64,000 nucleotides of DNA, from the NCBI GenBank assembly GCA_963700145.1, contig OY969474.1, positions 1,824,001 to 1,888,000 of the forward strand, written 5' to 3'. The position numbers and the translations under genes are program-made. Under the pieces are notes generated by a model. That model saw nothing but the letters and a program-made list of their open reading frames with translations. It made no database searches and was not told where the DNA came from. Numbering within the stretch: position 1 is the stretch's first letter; each line of letters starts with the position of its first letter. Source of the DNA: an uncultured Acidobacteriota bacterium (GTDB taxonomy: Bacteria > Acidobacteriota > Thermoanaerobaculia > Multivoradales > UBA5704). Shown piece by piece: positions 1-9,537 of this stretch.

Positions 1-94
1 GAGCCAGCTCAAGGAGCTGACCCGCGGCGAAGGACAACCAGCCGACCACTACCAGGGCAACAGGACCGAGCCTGACGAACACGTCTTTGGCCAT
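1..94 (-). CDS. N-terminal part of a probable exported protein, truncated by the window edge
   Basis: ATG at 94 on the minus strand, preceded by a GGAG RBS. Translation MAKDVFVRLGPVALVVVGWLSFAAGQLLELA resembles a signal peptide. Not in the ORF track. Confidence 0.45.
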   Translation of the reverse strand, partial: MAKDVFVRLGPVALVVVGWLSFAAGQLLELA

Positions 95-328
95 GGTCAA
101 CACTCCTTTCTGCCTTTCGGCATCCGAAGCGCTGCCAGGGTTGCCCTGCTCCGCCAACGGCTTACGCTGCACTGGCCCGCATCGCTATGGGGCCTCAGCG
201 TGTACCTAGGCGCGAACTCGGGTGTCCGCCGTAGGCCCGGGGTTGGCCGCCCAACCTATCCTGCTCGTGTATGTAGCCATGACCCATGGCCTCTTGGCGG
301 GGTCTCGTCGAAGGGGCACGGCTTTTTA

Positions 329-1417
329 TCACTGAGGCGCGGAAGCCTGGCAGTAAACCCTTTTTGTGCTGATATTAGCTCGACAGGTAACGTTACCTCC
401 ATTGAATTGGAGATCGGAGTTCACCGCAAAGGCCGTTTTCTTACCACCTTGCTGAACATAGCCAGTCAATGTCATCTTGTAGTATCCCTGCGGCAAACTC
501 ATGAAAGTCGCATATCCAGACCTGAAAAGGGCACTCCCCGAGCCACCCTCCCTCCTGAGAAAGTTTGTTGACTCATCACCCACAAGTTGAACCCTGAACT
601 CCGTCACCGTCAGATCGAGCACCTCTCCGTAGGTCACTGCCACGCCTAGGCTGCCAGTATCGCGGGCTGCCCTTCTTTGCGCAGGAGGAACTGGGCGCCT
701 GCCGAAACTTTTGCCCTTGAGCAGAAATACTTCGCCTCTGATCTCCAAACTGCCTAGGGCGCTCACCCCATGTTGATCGCCGTAGAACAGAATTTCTCTT
801 GCACCATCTGGAAGTCGCATCACCGAGTACGCTTTCGCCTCTAAGAGATCGCCCAACTCGGGACTGCTTAGCCTGTAGAAAGCTACCTCGTTAGGTGAGC
901 CGGGAACCTTCTCTACCTTATAAGGCTCATCAGTAAACAGAAAGCGTACCGTGTCGGATACGTCCAGGAAGTTCCAGTAACCAGCCAACTTCTTCACACT
1001 CTCGTAGTCCGTCAAGTCCTTGTTACTCTTCCTCCGATGATACTCCGTTGTGGTTCCATTTGTTGTCACCATGACGAGCAAATCGGGATTTTTAATAGTC
1101 AGATCAAGCTGCGCGAAGCCTTCTTCGTCCGCAAACTTCAGAAACAGTATGGCCGTCTCGCTGTTCCCAATGATAGAGTAAGCGGCATTGAGGCCGTCAA
1201 TTTTGTAGAAAGTCAGATTGAAAGTGTCGAAGTCGTGAACAAACCCTACATTCTCTGTGAACTCAACCAGCATGTCAGAGTTGCCGACCTGCCACTTACC
1301 CAAGACTGCCTTGACACGGGCATTGTCGGTCAAATTTTCTTTCTGAGCATAGCCCGAGCCCGCGCAAAGGATCAAAACTAGGAATGGTGCGACCAATCTA
1401 CCGTAGCGTGGTTCCAT
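329..1417 (-). CDS. Secreted hypothetical protein in a lower-GC segment
   Basis: ORF 329..1564. Likely start MEPRYGRLVAPFLVLILCAGSGYAQ follows a GGAGG RBS and has a signal-peptide pattern. Codon usage is visibly more AT-rich than the rest of the window. Confidence 0.7.
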   Translation of the reverse strand: MEPRYGRLVAPFLVLILCAGSGYAQKENLTDNARVKAVLGKWQVGNSDMLVEFTENVGFVHDFDTFNLTFYKIDGLNAAYSIIGNSETAILFLKFADEEGFAQLDLTIKNPDLLVMVTTNGTTTEYHRRKSNKDLTDYESVKKLAGYWNFLDVSDTVRFLFTDEPYKVEKVPGSPNEVAFYRLSSPELGDLLEAKAYSVMRLPDGAREILFYGDQHGVSALGSLEIRGEVFLLKGKSFGRRPVPPAQRRAARDTGSLGVAVTYGEVLDLTVTEFRVQLVGDESTNFLRREGGSGSALFRSGYATFMSLPQGYYKMTLTGYVQQGGKKTAFAVNSDLQFNGGNVTCRANISTKRVYCQASAPQ

Positions 1418-2045
1418 TTCACCCTCCATATTGCGGCAAACCGGCGACAGCCGCGACGGCCAACCTCGGCTTCGAACGACTCGCCGAGGCCCGCGCATGT
1501 CGGTATAGCCGCCAGATGGGTGTCGTCTAGGTTCCGGCGGGGCCCCGAATGCCCGGTGCTCCATGCGTGTGGCTTGTCAGTTAGGCACTATAACAGGAGA
1601 GGAGGCACGAGCTCCCTCCGGCGAGGGGGGTCGCCTGAGGTGCGCCAGCGGACGCGGCGGCTGAGTGTCCTGAAGCTCGCGACGCCACGGGCGGGCGGTT
1701 TGAGGGCGCCTGGGACCTGAAGCTTTCCGAGCTGCTTTCAGAGCGTGGCGGTGCGCGCTCTCGCTCTCCCCTCTTGGAGCGGCTGGAGGTGGAACGGTCT
1801 GTGGGCGGTGAGCGGAGGGAGCGGGTGCCGAATTGCGGCGGTCGGGGCGGTGACTCCGGACGGCGGGGTTCGGCCTCGGGCAGGACTACGAGGCGGAGGG
1901 TGCGCGGGGGGAAACTCGTAATCCGGGCGGCTGGAGTCGGGGAGGCTGCCGCGGGCTTGGTGGCGACCGCCGAAGGGCCGGCGGCGGACGCCTTGTGAGG
2001 CGGCGAAGAGCGGGAATCCGACCGGGGAGAGTGGGAATCGGACCG

Positions 2046-2297
2046 GGGCAAGCGTACTTTTCACGAGTACGTTCGTACCGGCCGTCGGTACGCTTGTACT
2101 TTGCCAAAGTACATATGTACCGCGCGTCGGTACGCTTGTACTTTGTAAAAGTACACTTGTACCGGCCGGCAGTACGCCTGTACTTTGAAAAAGTACGCCT
2201 GTACCGGGCGAAAGTACGTTTGCACCGGGCATCGGTACGCTTGTACCAGACGAAAGTACGCTTGCACCGGCCGTCGGGACGCTCGTACCGGGAGAAT
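2046..2297. repeat. Degenerate tandem array of about 12 x 21 bp with GTAC-N4-GTAC core
   Basis: Units start every 21 bp at 2067, 2088, 2109, 2130, 2151, 2172, 2193, 2214, 2235, 2256 and 2277, with a partial unit at 2046. Example units: gtacgttcgtaccggccgtcg and gtacgcttgtactttgccaaa. Confidence 0.9.
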
Positions 2298-2498
2298 TCC
2301 CCCTGATCCGGCCGAGAAGTACGTCCCTCTCTGCCAACATCCCGTGAGACAGCAGAGCGCTGCCGAAATAGGGTAGAGGGCGGAGAGAGGCGAAGGCGAT
2401 GAGGCGATCGTTGGCGAGGCAGAAGGAGTGGGGGGTCCGGGGGGCGGACCCGGGGGTGGCTGGGGAGGCCGGGGGAGTGGGAGGAGAGGCCTCCCCAG

Positions 2499-3957
2499 GG
2501 GGTTGTCCCTCCCGCTGTTGAAAGAGCAATGAGGTGAAGGCGGCTCCTCGGCCCACCTGATCGAGAATCGGGTTGGTCGAATAACCGGCCCCGCCAGGGG
2601 GCCAAGGAGCCGTGATGAAGACGAGAGCAGAAAGGCGGGTGGTGTGGCAAGGGGGCCGTGCGGCGCGCATCAGCCACGGGCTACAAGCGCTGCTGCGGCC
2701 GATGGTCGAGGGCATCGAGGCCAGCCGCCAGGGGCTGCTGGAGCTGTTTCACGCCGCGGGCGTCGAGGCCCTGGGGCGGCAGCTCGCGGACGAGGTCGAG
2801 GCCGTCGTCGGTCCGAAGCGTCGGCGCAATCCGACCCGCGAGGCGTACCGCTGGGGCTCGACGGCGAGCGAGTTCGTGCTGGGTGGCCGCCAGGTGGCGC
2901 TGCCGCGACCGCGCGTCCGGCGACGCGACGGTGGCGAGATGAGCTTGCCTTCGGTGCGCGCCTTTCAGGACGAAGATCCCTTCACGGAGCGGGTGATCGA
3001 GCAGGCGCTGGTCGGCGTCTCGCAGCGCCGCTACGGTCGGAGCTTGGAGCCGCTCGCAGAGTCGGTGCCGGAGCGCGCGACGAGCAAGAGTGCGGTCCAG
3101 CGCCGGCTGGTGGCGGGGACGCGTCGTCTGCTGGGCGCGTGGCTGCGCCGAGACCTGTCGGACTTCCAGCCCCTGATCCTGATGATCGACGGGCTGGAGG
3201 TGGCCGGCCACACCCTGGTGGTGGCACTCGGCATCGCGCGCGACGGGACCAAGCGGGTGCTCGGCCTGCGTGAAGGCGCGACGGAGAACGCGGCGCTCTG
3301 TACCGGCCTGCTCCAGGAGCTGTTGGAGCGAGGCCTCGCGATGCCGCCGCGCTTCTTGGCGGTGCTCGACGGCGGCAAGGGGCTGCGCAAGGCCGTGCGC
3401 GCCGTCTTCGGGGACGCAACCCACGTCCAGCGCTGCCAGCTCCACAAGCGCCGCAACGTCCGCGACCACCTGCCCAAGCAGCTCCAAGCCCGGGTCGACC
3501 GCCTGATGGTCGAGGCCTACCAGAGCGCTCGCTTCGACCTCGCCAAGCGTCGCCTCGAGCAGCTTGCCCGCTGGCTCGAGCACGCAGGCCACGCGGGCGC
3601 CGCGGGCAGCCTGCGCGAGGGCCTCGACGAGACCCTCACCGCCTTGCGGCTGAAGCTGCCCGACGCTCTGCGCCGGTTGCTCGCCTCGACCAACGCGATC
3701 GAGAACACGATCGGCTCGATCCGTACGACGACGCGCAACGTCAAGCGCTGGCGCGGCGGCGACATGGTGCTGCGCTGGGTCGCCCTGGCGCTGTGTGACG
3801 CGGAGGCTGGCTTCCGGCGTGTCAAGGGACATCGGCACCTCGGGGCTCTCGAGCTCGCGCTCGCGGCGATCGAGGAACCGACGAACACCAAGGCCGTGGC
3901 ATGATCAACCGAGCCGCTTTCCCTCTTTCGGCTTTCAACAGGGAACGGGGCATCCCC
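2499..3957 (+). mobile_element. IS256-family insertion sequence
   Basis: Imperfect terminal inverted repeats flank the transposase: left GGGGTTGTCCCTCCCGCTGTTGAAAG (~2499-2524) versus reverse complement of the right end GGGGATGCCCCGTTCCCTGTTGAAAG (~3932-3957). No clean target-site duplication seen. Confidence 0.85.
2612..3904 (+). CDS. IS256-family (Mutator) DDE transposase
   Basis: Motifs LMIDG, VLDGGKGLRKAV, VQRCQLHKRRNV and STNAIE match IS256 transposases. Confidence 0.92.
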   Translation: MMKTRAERRVVWQGGRAARISHGLQALLRPMVEGIEASRQGLLELFHAAGVEALGRQLADEVEAVVGPKRRRNPTREAYRWGSTASEFVLGGRQVALPRPRVRRRDGGEMSLPSVRAFQDEDPFTERVIEQALVGVSQRRYGRSLEPLAESVPERATSKSAVQRRLVAGTRRLLGAWLRRDLSDFQPLILMIDGLEVAGHTLVVALGIARDGTKRVLGLREGATENAALCTGLLQELLERGLAMPPRFLAVLDGGKGLRKAVRAVFGDATHVQRCQLHKRRNVRDHLPKQLQARVDRLMVEAYQSARFDLAKRRLEQLARWLEHAGHAGAAGSLREGLDETLTALRLKLPDALRRLLASTNAIENTIGSIRTTTRNVKRWRGGDMVLRWVALALCDAEAGFRRVKGHRHLGALELALAAIEEPTNTKAVA

Positions 3958-3959
3958 CC

Positions 3960-4043
3960 GCTCCCCCGGTATCGAGCCCTGATACCTAGGTAGCACCGGC
4001 CGATACCCCCGTAGCGAGCGCCGATACCCAGGTATCGACGGTT
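3960..4043. repeat. Short tandem array of 4 x 21 bp with GATACC-N2-GGTATC palindromic core
   Basis: GATACC at 3981, 4002 and 4023 (21-bp spacing), with a degenerate unit at 3960. Abuts the right end of the IS. Confidence 0.75.
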
Positions 4044-4044
4044 C

Positions 4045-4920
4045 CTACCCCGCCGGCCGCTCGCCCGGCGCCGGGGCCTTGCGCTGCGCCGGGGCGGGGC
4101 CGCGCTCGCCGAAGATCCAGACCGGCTCCGGCTTCTTCGCCGGCTGCCACTGGAGACCGAACTCCTCCGTCGCCGCTTCGCGGATGCGCGCCACCGCCTC
4201 CTCCGGGGAGTCGGTGACCACGATCCGCTCGAGGTCGGCGGCGGCGATCGTGCCGCGGCGCACCATGGTGTCGCGGAGGAAGGCGATCAGCGGCTGCCAG
4301 TAGTCGCTGCCCATGAGGATCAGCGGGAAGTCCTTGATCTTGCCGGTCTGGATGAGGGTGGCGCACTCGAAGATCTCGTCCATCGTCCCGAAGCCGCCGG
4401 GCAGCGCCACGAAGGCGTAGGAGTACTTGACGAGCATCACCTTGCGGACGAAGAAGTAGCGGAACTCCAGCCACTGGTCGAGGTAGGGGTTGGGCTGCTG
4501 CTCGTGCGGCAGCGTGATGTTGCAGCCGATGTTGCGGCCCCCGGCTTCGCGCGCGCCGCGGTTGGCCGCCTCCATGATCCCCGGGCCGCCGCCGGTCATC
4601 ACCGTGAAGCCGGCCCTGGCGAGCCGCGCCCCGACCTCCTGCGCCAGCGCGTAGTACGCGTGGTCGGCGGCGAAGCGGGCCGAGCCGAAGACGGTGACGC
4701 ACGGGCCGGCGAAGTGGAGGGCGCGGAAGCCGCGCACGAACTCGCCGAGGATGCGGAAGAGGCGCACCAGCTCGGCGAAGCGCGACTGCGGGCCGGCGAG
4801 GAAATGCCCTTCCTCGGCGCTCTCCGTGCGCTTTCCCCACTCGGGCCGCCCGGGGACGTCCGGGGCGGGCGCCGCGGGGTCCCCGGGGCGGGGCAGCTCC
4901 TCCGGTCCGCTCTCCTTCAC
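4045..4920 (-). CDS. LOG family (TIGR00730) Rossmann-fold protein
   Basis: VTVFGSARF, TGGGPGIMEAANRGA, FRYFFVRKVMLVK and PGGFGTMDE motifs. GTG start at 4920 is estimated. Confidence 0.9.
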   Translation of the reverse strand: MKESGPEELPRPGDPAAPAPDVPGRPEWGKRTESAEEGHFLAGPQSRFAELVRLFRILGEFVRGFRALHFAGPCVTVFGSARFAADHAYYALAQEVGARLARAGFTVMTGGGPGIMEAANRGAREAGGRNIGCNITLPHEQQPNPYLDQWLEFRYFFVRKVMLVKYSYAFVALPGGFGTMDEIFECATLIQTGKIKDFPLILMGSDYWQPLIAFLRDTMVRRGTIAAADLERIVVTDSPEEAVARIREAATEEFGLQWQPAKKPEPVWIFGERGPAPAQRKAPAPGERPAG

Positions 4921-5041
4921 GGCGAGGCAGTGTAGCAACCCAGTTGCCAGGAGCCCGGCGCCGGCGCGCCGGACAATCGCGGCGCCTTGCCGCTGGAAAC
5001 CTCTTTGCTTGCTATGCTCTGGCCCTCCGGGCCCGTTCCGC

Positions 5042-6433
5042 ATGAACCGCAGACGACGACTCCGCCGGAGCCTCCCCCTGCTCGGGGGCGCGGCTCTCCT
5101 GACGCTCCTGCTGCTGGCGCCGCGCGCCGCCGCGCCCGCGGCACAGCAGCGGCCGGGGCCGCGCTTCCCCAACGTCGTCGTCGTCACCATCGACACCCTG
5201 CGCGCCGACCACCTCTCCGGCTACGGCTACCGCCGCGCCACCACCCCCAACCTCGACCGCTGGATGGCCTCGGGCGCGCGCTTCGTCCAGGCGCGGACCG
5301 TCGAGCCGCTGACCAACCCGGCCGTCTGCTCGATGTTCACCTCGCTCTACCCGCACGAGCACGGCGCGACGCGCAACGGCCTCGCCATGCGCCCGGGGCT
5401 GCCGTCGGCGGCGGCGGCGCTCCGCCGGCGCGGCTACCGCAGCGCCGCCTTCGTCGGCAACTGGACGCTCAAGGACCGCATCTCGGGGCTGGGGGACCAC
5501 TTCGAGAGCTACCACGAGCTCTTCACCCGCAAGCGCTGGTTCGGAGTGTTCAAGGGGGAAGCGACGGCCGAGGACCTGACGGACGCATCGCTCGACTGGC
5601 TGGCCGACCACCAGCAGGCGCGCCCTGGGCCGTTCCTGCTCTGGGTCCACTACGTCGAGCCGCACGCCCCCTACCGGCTGCAGGCGGGGTTCGCCGGGCG
5701 GCTCGGCATCGCGGCGGCGGGCGAGCCGCCGCGGCAGGACCGCTACGACAGCGAGATCGCCTTCGCCGACCACCACGTCGGGCGCCTGCTGGCGGCGGTC
5801 GAGCGCGACGCCGCGCTCGCCGCCAACACCATCGTCCTCTTCACCGCCGACCACGGCGAGAGCCTCGGCGAGCACGGCGCCTGGGGGCACGGGCGCCAGC
5901 TCTACGACACGACGCTGCGCATCCCGCTGGCGATCGCCTGGCCGGGGCGGATCCCGCCGGGGGTGATCGAGGCGCCGGCCTCCAACCTCGACATCGCCCC
6001 GACGCTGCTCGGGCTCGCCGGCCTGCCGGTGCCGGGCGGCTTCCGCGGCTTCGACTGGAGCGCCGTGCTGCAGAGTGGCGCGGCGCCGCCGCGTGGTCGC
6101 GTCGTCTGGTTCCAGGCGCACAAGGGGGCGGTGCTGAGCCAGCAGGAGGCGCGGGCCGGGGCGCGCCGGCGCGGCCTCCTCGAGGTCGCGCTCCTCACCG
6201 GCATGCGCAAGGAGATCCTGCGGCTGGAAGGGACGCGCCGCTGGCTCTTCGACCTGGCGCGCGACCCGGCCGAGCGGCGCGGCCAGGCGGCGGACGCCGG
6301 CGCCGCCTCCGCCGAGCTGCGGCGCTGGATGACCCAGGTGCAGCAGGGGCTGGCCGCCAGCGACCGCCTGGCCCCGATCGAGCTCGATCCGGAGAGCGTC
6401 GAGAAGCTCCGCGCGCTCGGCTACGCGGAGTAG
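5042..6433 (+). CDS. Exported sulfatase-like hydrolase (alkaline phosphatase superfamily)
   Basis: Signal peptide, then PNVVVVTIDTLRADH, HYVEPHAPY, TADHGE and C-terminal LRALGY. The nucleophile position is T-x-P rather than C/S-x-P-x-R. Confidence 0.88.
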   Translation: MNRRRRLRRSLPLLGGAALLTLLLLAPRAAAPAAQQRPGPRFPNVVVVTIDTLRADHLSGYGYRRATTPNLDRWMASGARFVQARTVEPLTNPAVCSMFTSLYPHEHGATRNGLAMRPGLPSAAAALRRRGYRSAAFVGNWTLKDRISGLGDHFESYHELFTRKRWFGVFKGEATAEDLTDASLDWLADHQQARPGPFLLWVHYVEPHAPYRLQAGFAGRLGIAAAGEPPRQDRYDSEIAFADHHVGRLLAAVERDAALAANTIVLFTADHGESLGEHGAWGHGRQLYDTTLRIPLAIAWPGRIPPGVIEAPASNLDIAPTLLGLAGLPVPGGFRGFDWSAVLQSGAAPPRGRVVWFQAHKGAVLSQQEARAGARRRGLLEVALLTGMRKEILRLEGTRRWLFDLARDPAERRGQAADAGAASAELRRWMTQVQQGLAASDRLAPIELDPESVEKLRALGYAE

Positions 6434-6459
6434 CCGCCCCGAGGCGGCGACCGCTCCGC

Positions 6460-7299
6460 GTGAAGCTCTGGGCGATCGCCGACCTTCACCTGCGCTACGA
6501 GGTCAACCGCAGCGCGCTGCAGGCGCTCCCCGCCTACCCCGAGGACTGGCTGATCCTGGCCGGCGACGTCGGCGAGACCGAGGAGCAGCTCGCCTTCGCG
6601 CTCGAGGTCCTCGCGCCGCGCTTCGCGCGCCTGCTCTGGGTGCCGGGCAACCACGACCTGTGGGCCATGCCGGGCAGGAGCGGCGAGCCGCGCGGCGAGC
6701 GGAAATACCAGCGGCTCGTCGCCGTCTGCCGCGCCCGGGGCGCGCTGACCCCGGAGGACCCGTTCGCCGACTGGCCGGGACCGGGCGGCCCCTGCTCGGT
6801 CGCCCTCCTCTTCCTGCTCTACGACTACAGCTTCCGGCCCGACCACGTGCCGCTCGCCGAGGCGGTGCGCTGGGCCGCCGAGGAGAACGTCGTCTGCTCC
6901 GACGAGGTGCTCCTCGACCCCGAGCCCTACGCCGGCCGTGCCGAGTGGTGCGCCGCGCGCTGCGACGCCGCCGAGCCGCGCCTCGCCGCGGCGGCGGCGC
7001 GCGCGCCGCTCGTCCTCGTCAACCACTGGCCGCTGCGGCGCGACCTCGCGGTGCTGCCGCGGGTGCCGCGCTTCACCCTCTGGTGCGGCACCCGCCGCAC
7101 CGAGGACTGGCACCGCCGCTTCCGCGCCCTGGCGGTGGTCTACGGCCACCTGCACATCCGCGGCAGCCACCACCGCGACGGCGTGCGCTGCGAGGAGGTC
7201 TCGCTCGGCTACCCGCAGAACTGGGAGCCGCGGCGGGGCATCGCCCCTTATCTGCGGCAGATCCTCCCCGGGCCCGATGGCGACAACGGAGCGGGCTAA
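6460..7299 (+). CDS. Calcineurin-like metallophosphoesterase
   Basis: AIADLH, LAGDVGE, VPGNHDLW and YGHLH motifs in the 3' part of ORF 4987..7299. Confidence 0.88.
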   Translation: MKLWAIADLHLRYEVNRSALQALPAYPEDWLILAGDVGETEEQLAFALEVLAPRFARLLWVPGNHDLWAMPGRSGEPRGERKYQRLVAVCRARGALTPEDPFADWPGPGGPCSVALLFLLYDYSFRPDHVPLAEAVRWAAEENVVCSDEVLLDPEPYAGRAEWCAARCDAAEPRLAAAAARAPLVLVNHWPLRRDLAVLPRVPRFTLWCGTRRTEDWHRRFRALAVVYGHLHIRGSHHRDGVRCEEVSLGYPQNWEPRRGIAPYLRQILPGPDGDNGAG

Positions 7300-7364
7300 G
7301 TGATAACGTTCCCACCCGGCCGGCGAGCCGCCTCCGCGCGCGCCTCCCGCCGTCCCCCAAACGG

Positions 7365-8366
7365 ATGAAACGGATCGGCATCCTCTTCGGCCAGGAGAGC
7401 ACCTACCCGCAGGCGTTCATCGAGCGGGTCAACGCCAAGCAAGCGGACGGCATCGTCGCCGAGCCGGTGCGCATCGACAAGCTCCTGCAGGGGGAGGACA
7501 GCGGCTATGCGGTCATCGTCGACCGCATCTCGCAGGACATCCCCTTCTACCGCGCCTACCTCAAGAACGCCGCCCTCAACGGCACGGTGGTGGTCAACAA
7601 CCCCTTCTGGTGGAGCGCCGACGAGAAGTTCTTCAACAACTGCCTGGCGACCAAGGTCGGCGTGGCGGTGCCGAAGACGGTGCTGCTGCCCTCGAACCAG
7701 CACCCCGCCGACACCGACGCGCGCTCGATGACCAACCTCGCCTACCCGCTGGCCTGGGAAGAGATCTTCGCCTACGTCGGCTTCCCGGCCTACTTCAAGC
7801 CCTTCGCCGGCGGCGGCTGGAAGAACGTCTACCGCGTGCGCGGCCCGCAGGAGCTGTACGAGGTCTACGGCCAGACCGGGCAGCTGGTGATGATGCTGCA
7901 GGAGGAGATCGTCTTCTCCGAGTACTTCCGCTGCTACTCGGTGGACCGGCGCGAGGTGCGCATCATGCGCTACGACCCGCGCGCCCCCTTCCACGAGCGC
8001 TACGTGCGCAACCCGCCGCCGATCGAGCCGGACCTCCTCGAGCGGCTGATCGGCGACGTGCTCAAGCTCAACCGCGCCCTCGGCTACGACCTCAACACCG
8101 TCGAGCTGGCGGTGCGCGACGGCATCCCCTACGCCATCGACTTCTGCAACCCGGCCCCCGACGCCGACCTGCACTCGATCGGGCCGGAGAACTTCGAGTG
8201 GATCGTCGAGGCGACCGCCAACATGGCGATCCGCCAGGCGCAGGAGCAGGTGCCCGGCCGCTTCAACCTGGTCTGGGGGGACTTCGTCCGCTTCACCCGC
8301 GGCTTCGCCGAGCCCGGCGCGGCCGGCAAGCCGCGCCCCGAGCCGGCCGCCGCGGCCACCCCCTGA
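7365..8366 (+). CDS. ATP-grasp fold ligase (RimK/GshB-like)
   Basis: Starts MKRIGILFG. Contains DEKF, VPKTVLLP, YFKPFAGGGWKNVY, MLQEEI and TVELAVRDGIPYAIDFCNPAP. Confidence 0.8.
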   Translation: MKRIGILFGQESTYPQAFIERVNAKQADGIVAEPVRIDKLLQGEDSGYAVIVDRISQDIPFYRAYLKNAALNGTVVVNNPFWWSADEKFFNNCLATKVGVAVPKTVLLPSNQHPADTDARSMTNLAYPLAWEEIFAYVGFPAYFKPFAGGGWKNVYRVRGPQELYEVYGQTGQLVMMLQEEIVFSEYFRCYSVDRREVRIMRYDPRAPFHERYVRNPPPIEPDLLERLIGDVLKLNRALGYDLNTVELAVRDGIPYAIDFCNPAPDADLHSIGPENFEWIVEATANMAIRQAQEQVPGRFNLVWGDFVRFTRGFAEPGAAGKPRPEPAAAATP

Positions 8367-8383
8367 CGCCCGCCAGCCCCACG

Positions 8384-9523
8384 ATGCCCTCCCTCCCACC
8401 CTTCACGCTCGGGATCGAGGAGGAGTTCCAGCTCATCGATCCGGAGAGCCGGGACCTACGCTCGCACGTCTACCAGCTCCTCGAGGACGGCAAGGAGATC
8501 CTCAAGGACCAGGTCAAGGCCGAGCTGCACCAGTCGATCGTCGAGGTGGGCACCGCGATCTGCCGCGACATCGACGAGGCGCGCTCCGAGGTCGTCCGCC
8601 TGCGCTCCGGCCTGGCGGCTCTGGCACGCAACCGCAGGCTCACCATCGCCGCCGCCGGCACCCATCCCTTCTCGCACTGGCAGGACCAGGAGATCACCGA
8701 CCTGCCGCGCTACCACGAGATCATCGAGGACATGCAGCAGGTGGCGCGCGCCAACCTGATCTTCGGTCTGCACGTCCACGTCGGGGTCGAGGACCGCGAG
8801 CTGGCGATCCAGATCATGAACACGGTGCGCTACTTCCTGCCGCACATCTACGCGCTGTCGACCAACTCCCCTTTCTGGGAAGGGCGGAACACCGGCTTCA
8901 GGTCCTACCGCAGCAAGATCTTCGACCGCTTCCCGCGCACCGGCATCCCCGACAACTTCCGCAGCCGCGGCGAGTACGACAGCTACCTGGCGCTGCTGAT
9001 CAAGACCGGCTGCATCGACAACGGCAAGAAGATCTGGTGGGACATCCGGCCGCACCCCTTCTTCGACACCCTGGAGTACCGCATCTGCGACGTGCCGATG
9101 CGGGTGGACGAGACGGTGGCGCTGGCGGCCCTGATGCAGGCGATCACCGCCAAGGTCGCCAAGCTGATCAAGCAGAACCTCGGCTTCCGCCTCTACCGGC
9201 GGCTGCTCATCAACGAGAACAAGTGGCGCGCCGCGCGCTACGGCATCTCCGGCAAGATGATCGACTTCGGGCGCCAGACGGAGGTCGACACGGTGGACCT
9301 GATCCACGAGCTGCTGGAGTTCGTGGACGACGTGGCGGACGAGCTGGGGAGCAGGAAAGAGCTCGCCTACATCGAGGAGATCCTGCGCGGCGGCACCGGC
9401 GCCGACCGCCAGCTCGCCACCTGGAACAACACCAACGACATGAAGGCGGTCGTCGACCACATCGTCTGGGAGACCCACCTCGGGCTCTCCCCCGGCGTGC
9501 TCGGCGCAGCGCAGCAGGCGTGA
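8384..9523 (+). CDS. ybdK: Carboxylate-amine ligase, GCS2/YbdK family
   Basis: FTLGIEEEFQLID, FGLHVHVG, NSPFWEG, WWDIRP, LEYRICD and NKWRAARYG motifs. Confidence 0.92.
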   Translation: MPSLPPFTLGIEEEFQLIDPESRDLRSHVYQLLEDGKEILKDQVKAELHQSIVEVGTAICRDIDEARSEVVRLRSGLAALARNRRLTIAAAGTHPFSHWQDQEITDLPRYHEIIEDMQQVARANLIFGLHVHVGVEDRELAIQIMNTVRYFLPHIYALSTNSPFWEGRNTGFRSYRSKIFDRFPRTGIPDNFRSRGEYDSYLALLIKTGCIDNGKKIWWDIRPHPFFDTLEYRICDVPMRVDETVALAALMQAITAKVAKLIKQNLGFRLYRRLLINENKWRAARYGISGKMIDFGRQTEVDTVDLIHELLEFVDDVADELGSRKELAYIEEILRGGTGADRQLATWNNTNDMKAVVDHIVWETHLGLSPGVLGAAQQA

Positions 9524-9537
9524 GGAGGAGGGAACCG

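Noticed and set aside
150-250. attC-like site (GCCAAC...GTTGGC), plus GTTAGGC at about 1580
   Set aside because: Core sites are imperfect, L boxes and extrahelical bases cannot be identified, and no integrase is visible.
2046-2297. CRISPR array interpretation of this array and of 49034-49306
   Set aside because: The unit is only 21 bp, the variable parts are about 9 nt and are re-used or mosaic rather than unique, and no cas genes are in the window.
1581-2500. ORFs 1581..2051, 1738..2715, 1886..2677 and a G-rich possible quadruplex tract at about 2428-2502
   Set aside because: Translations are low-complexity with no recognisable motif or RBS, two ORFs run across the IS boundary, and G-runs are unremarkable at this GC content.
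2490-3966. Target-site duplication for the IS256 element
   Set aside because: Both flanks are C-rich, but no exact 8-9 bp direct repeat could be matched.
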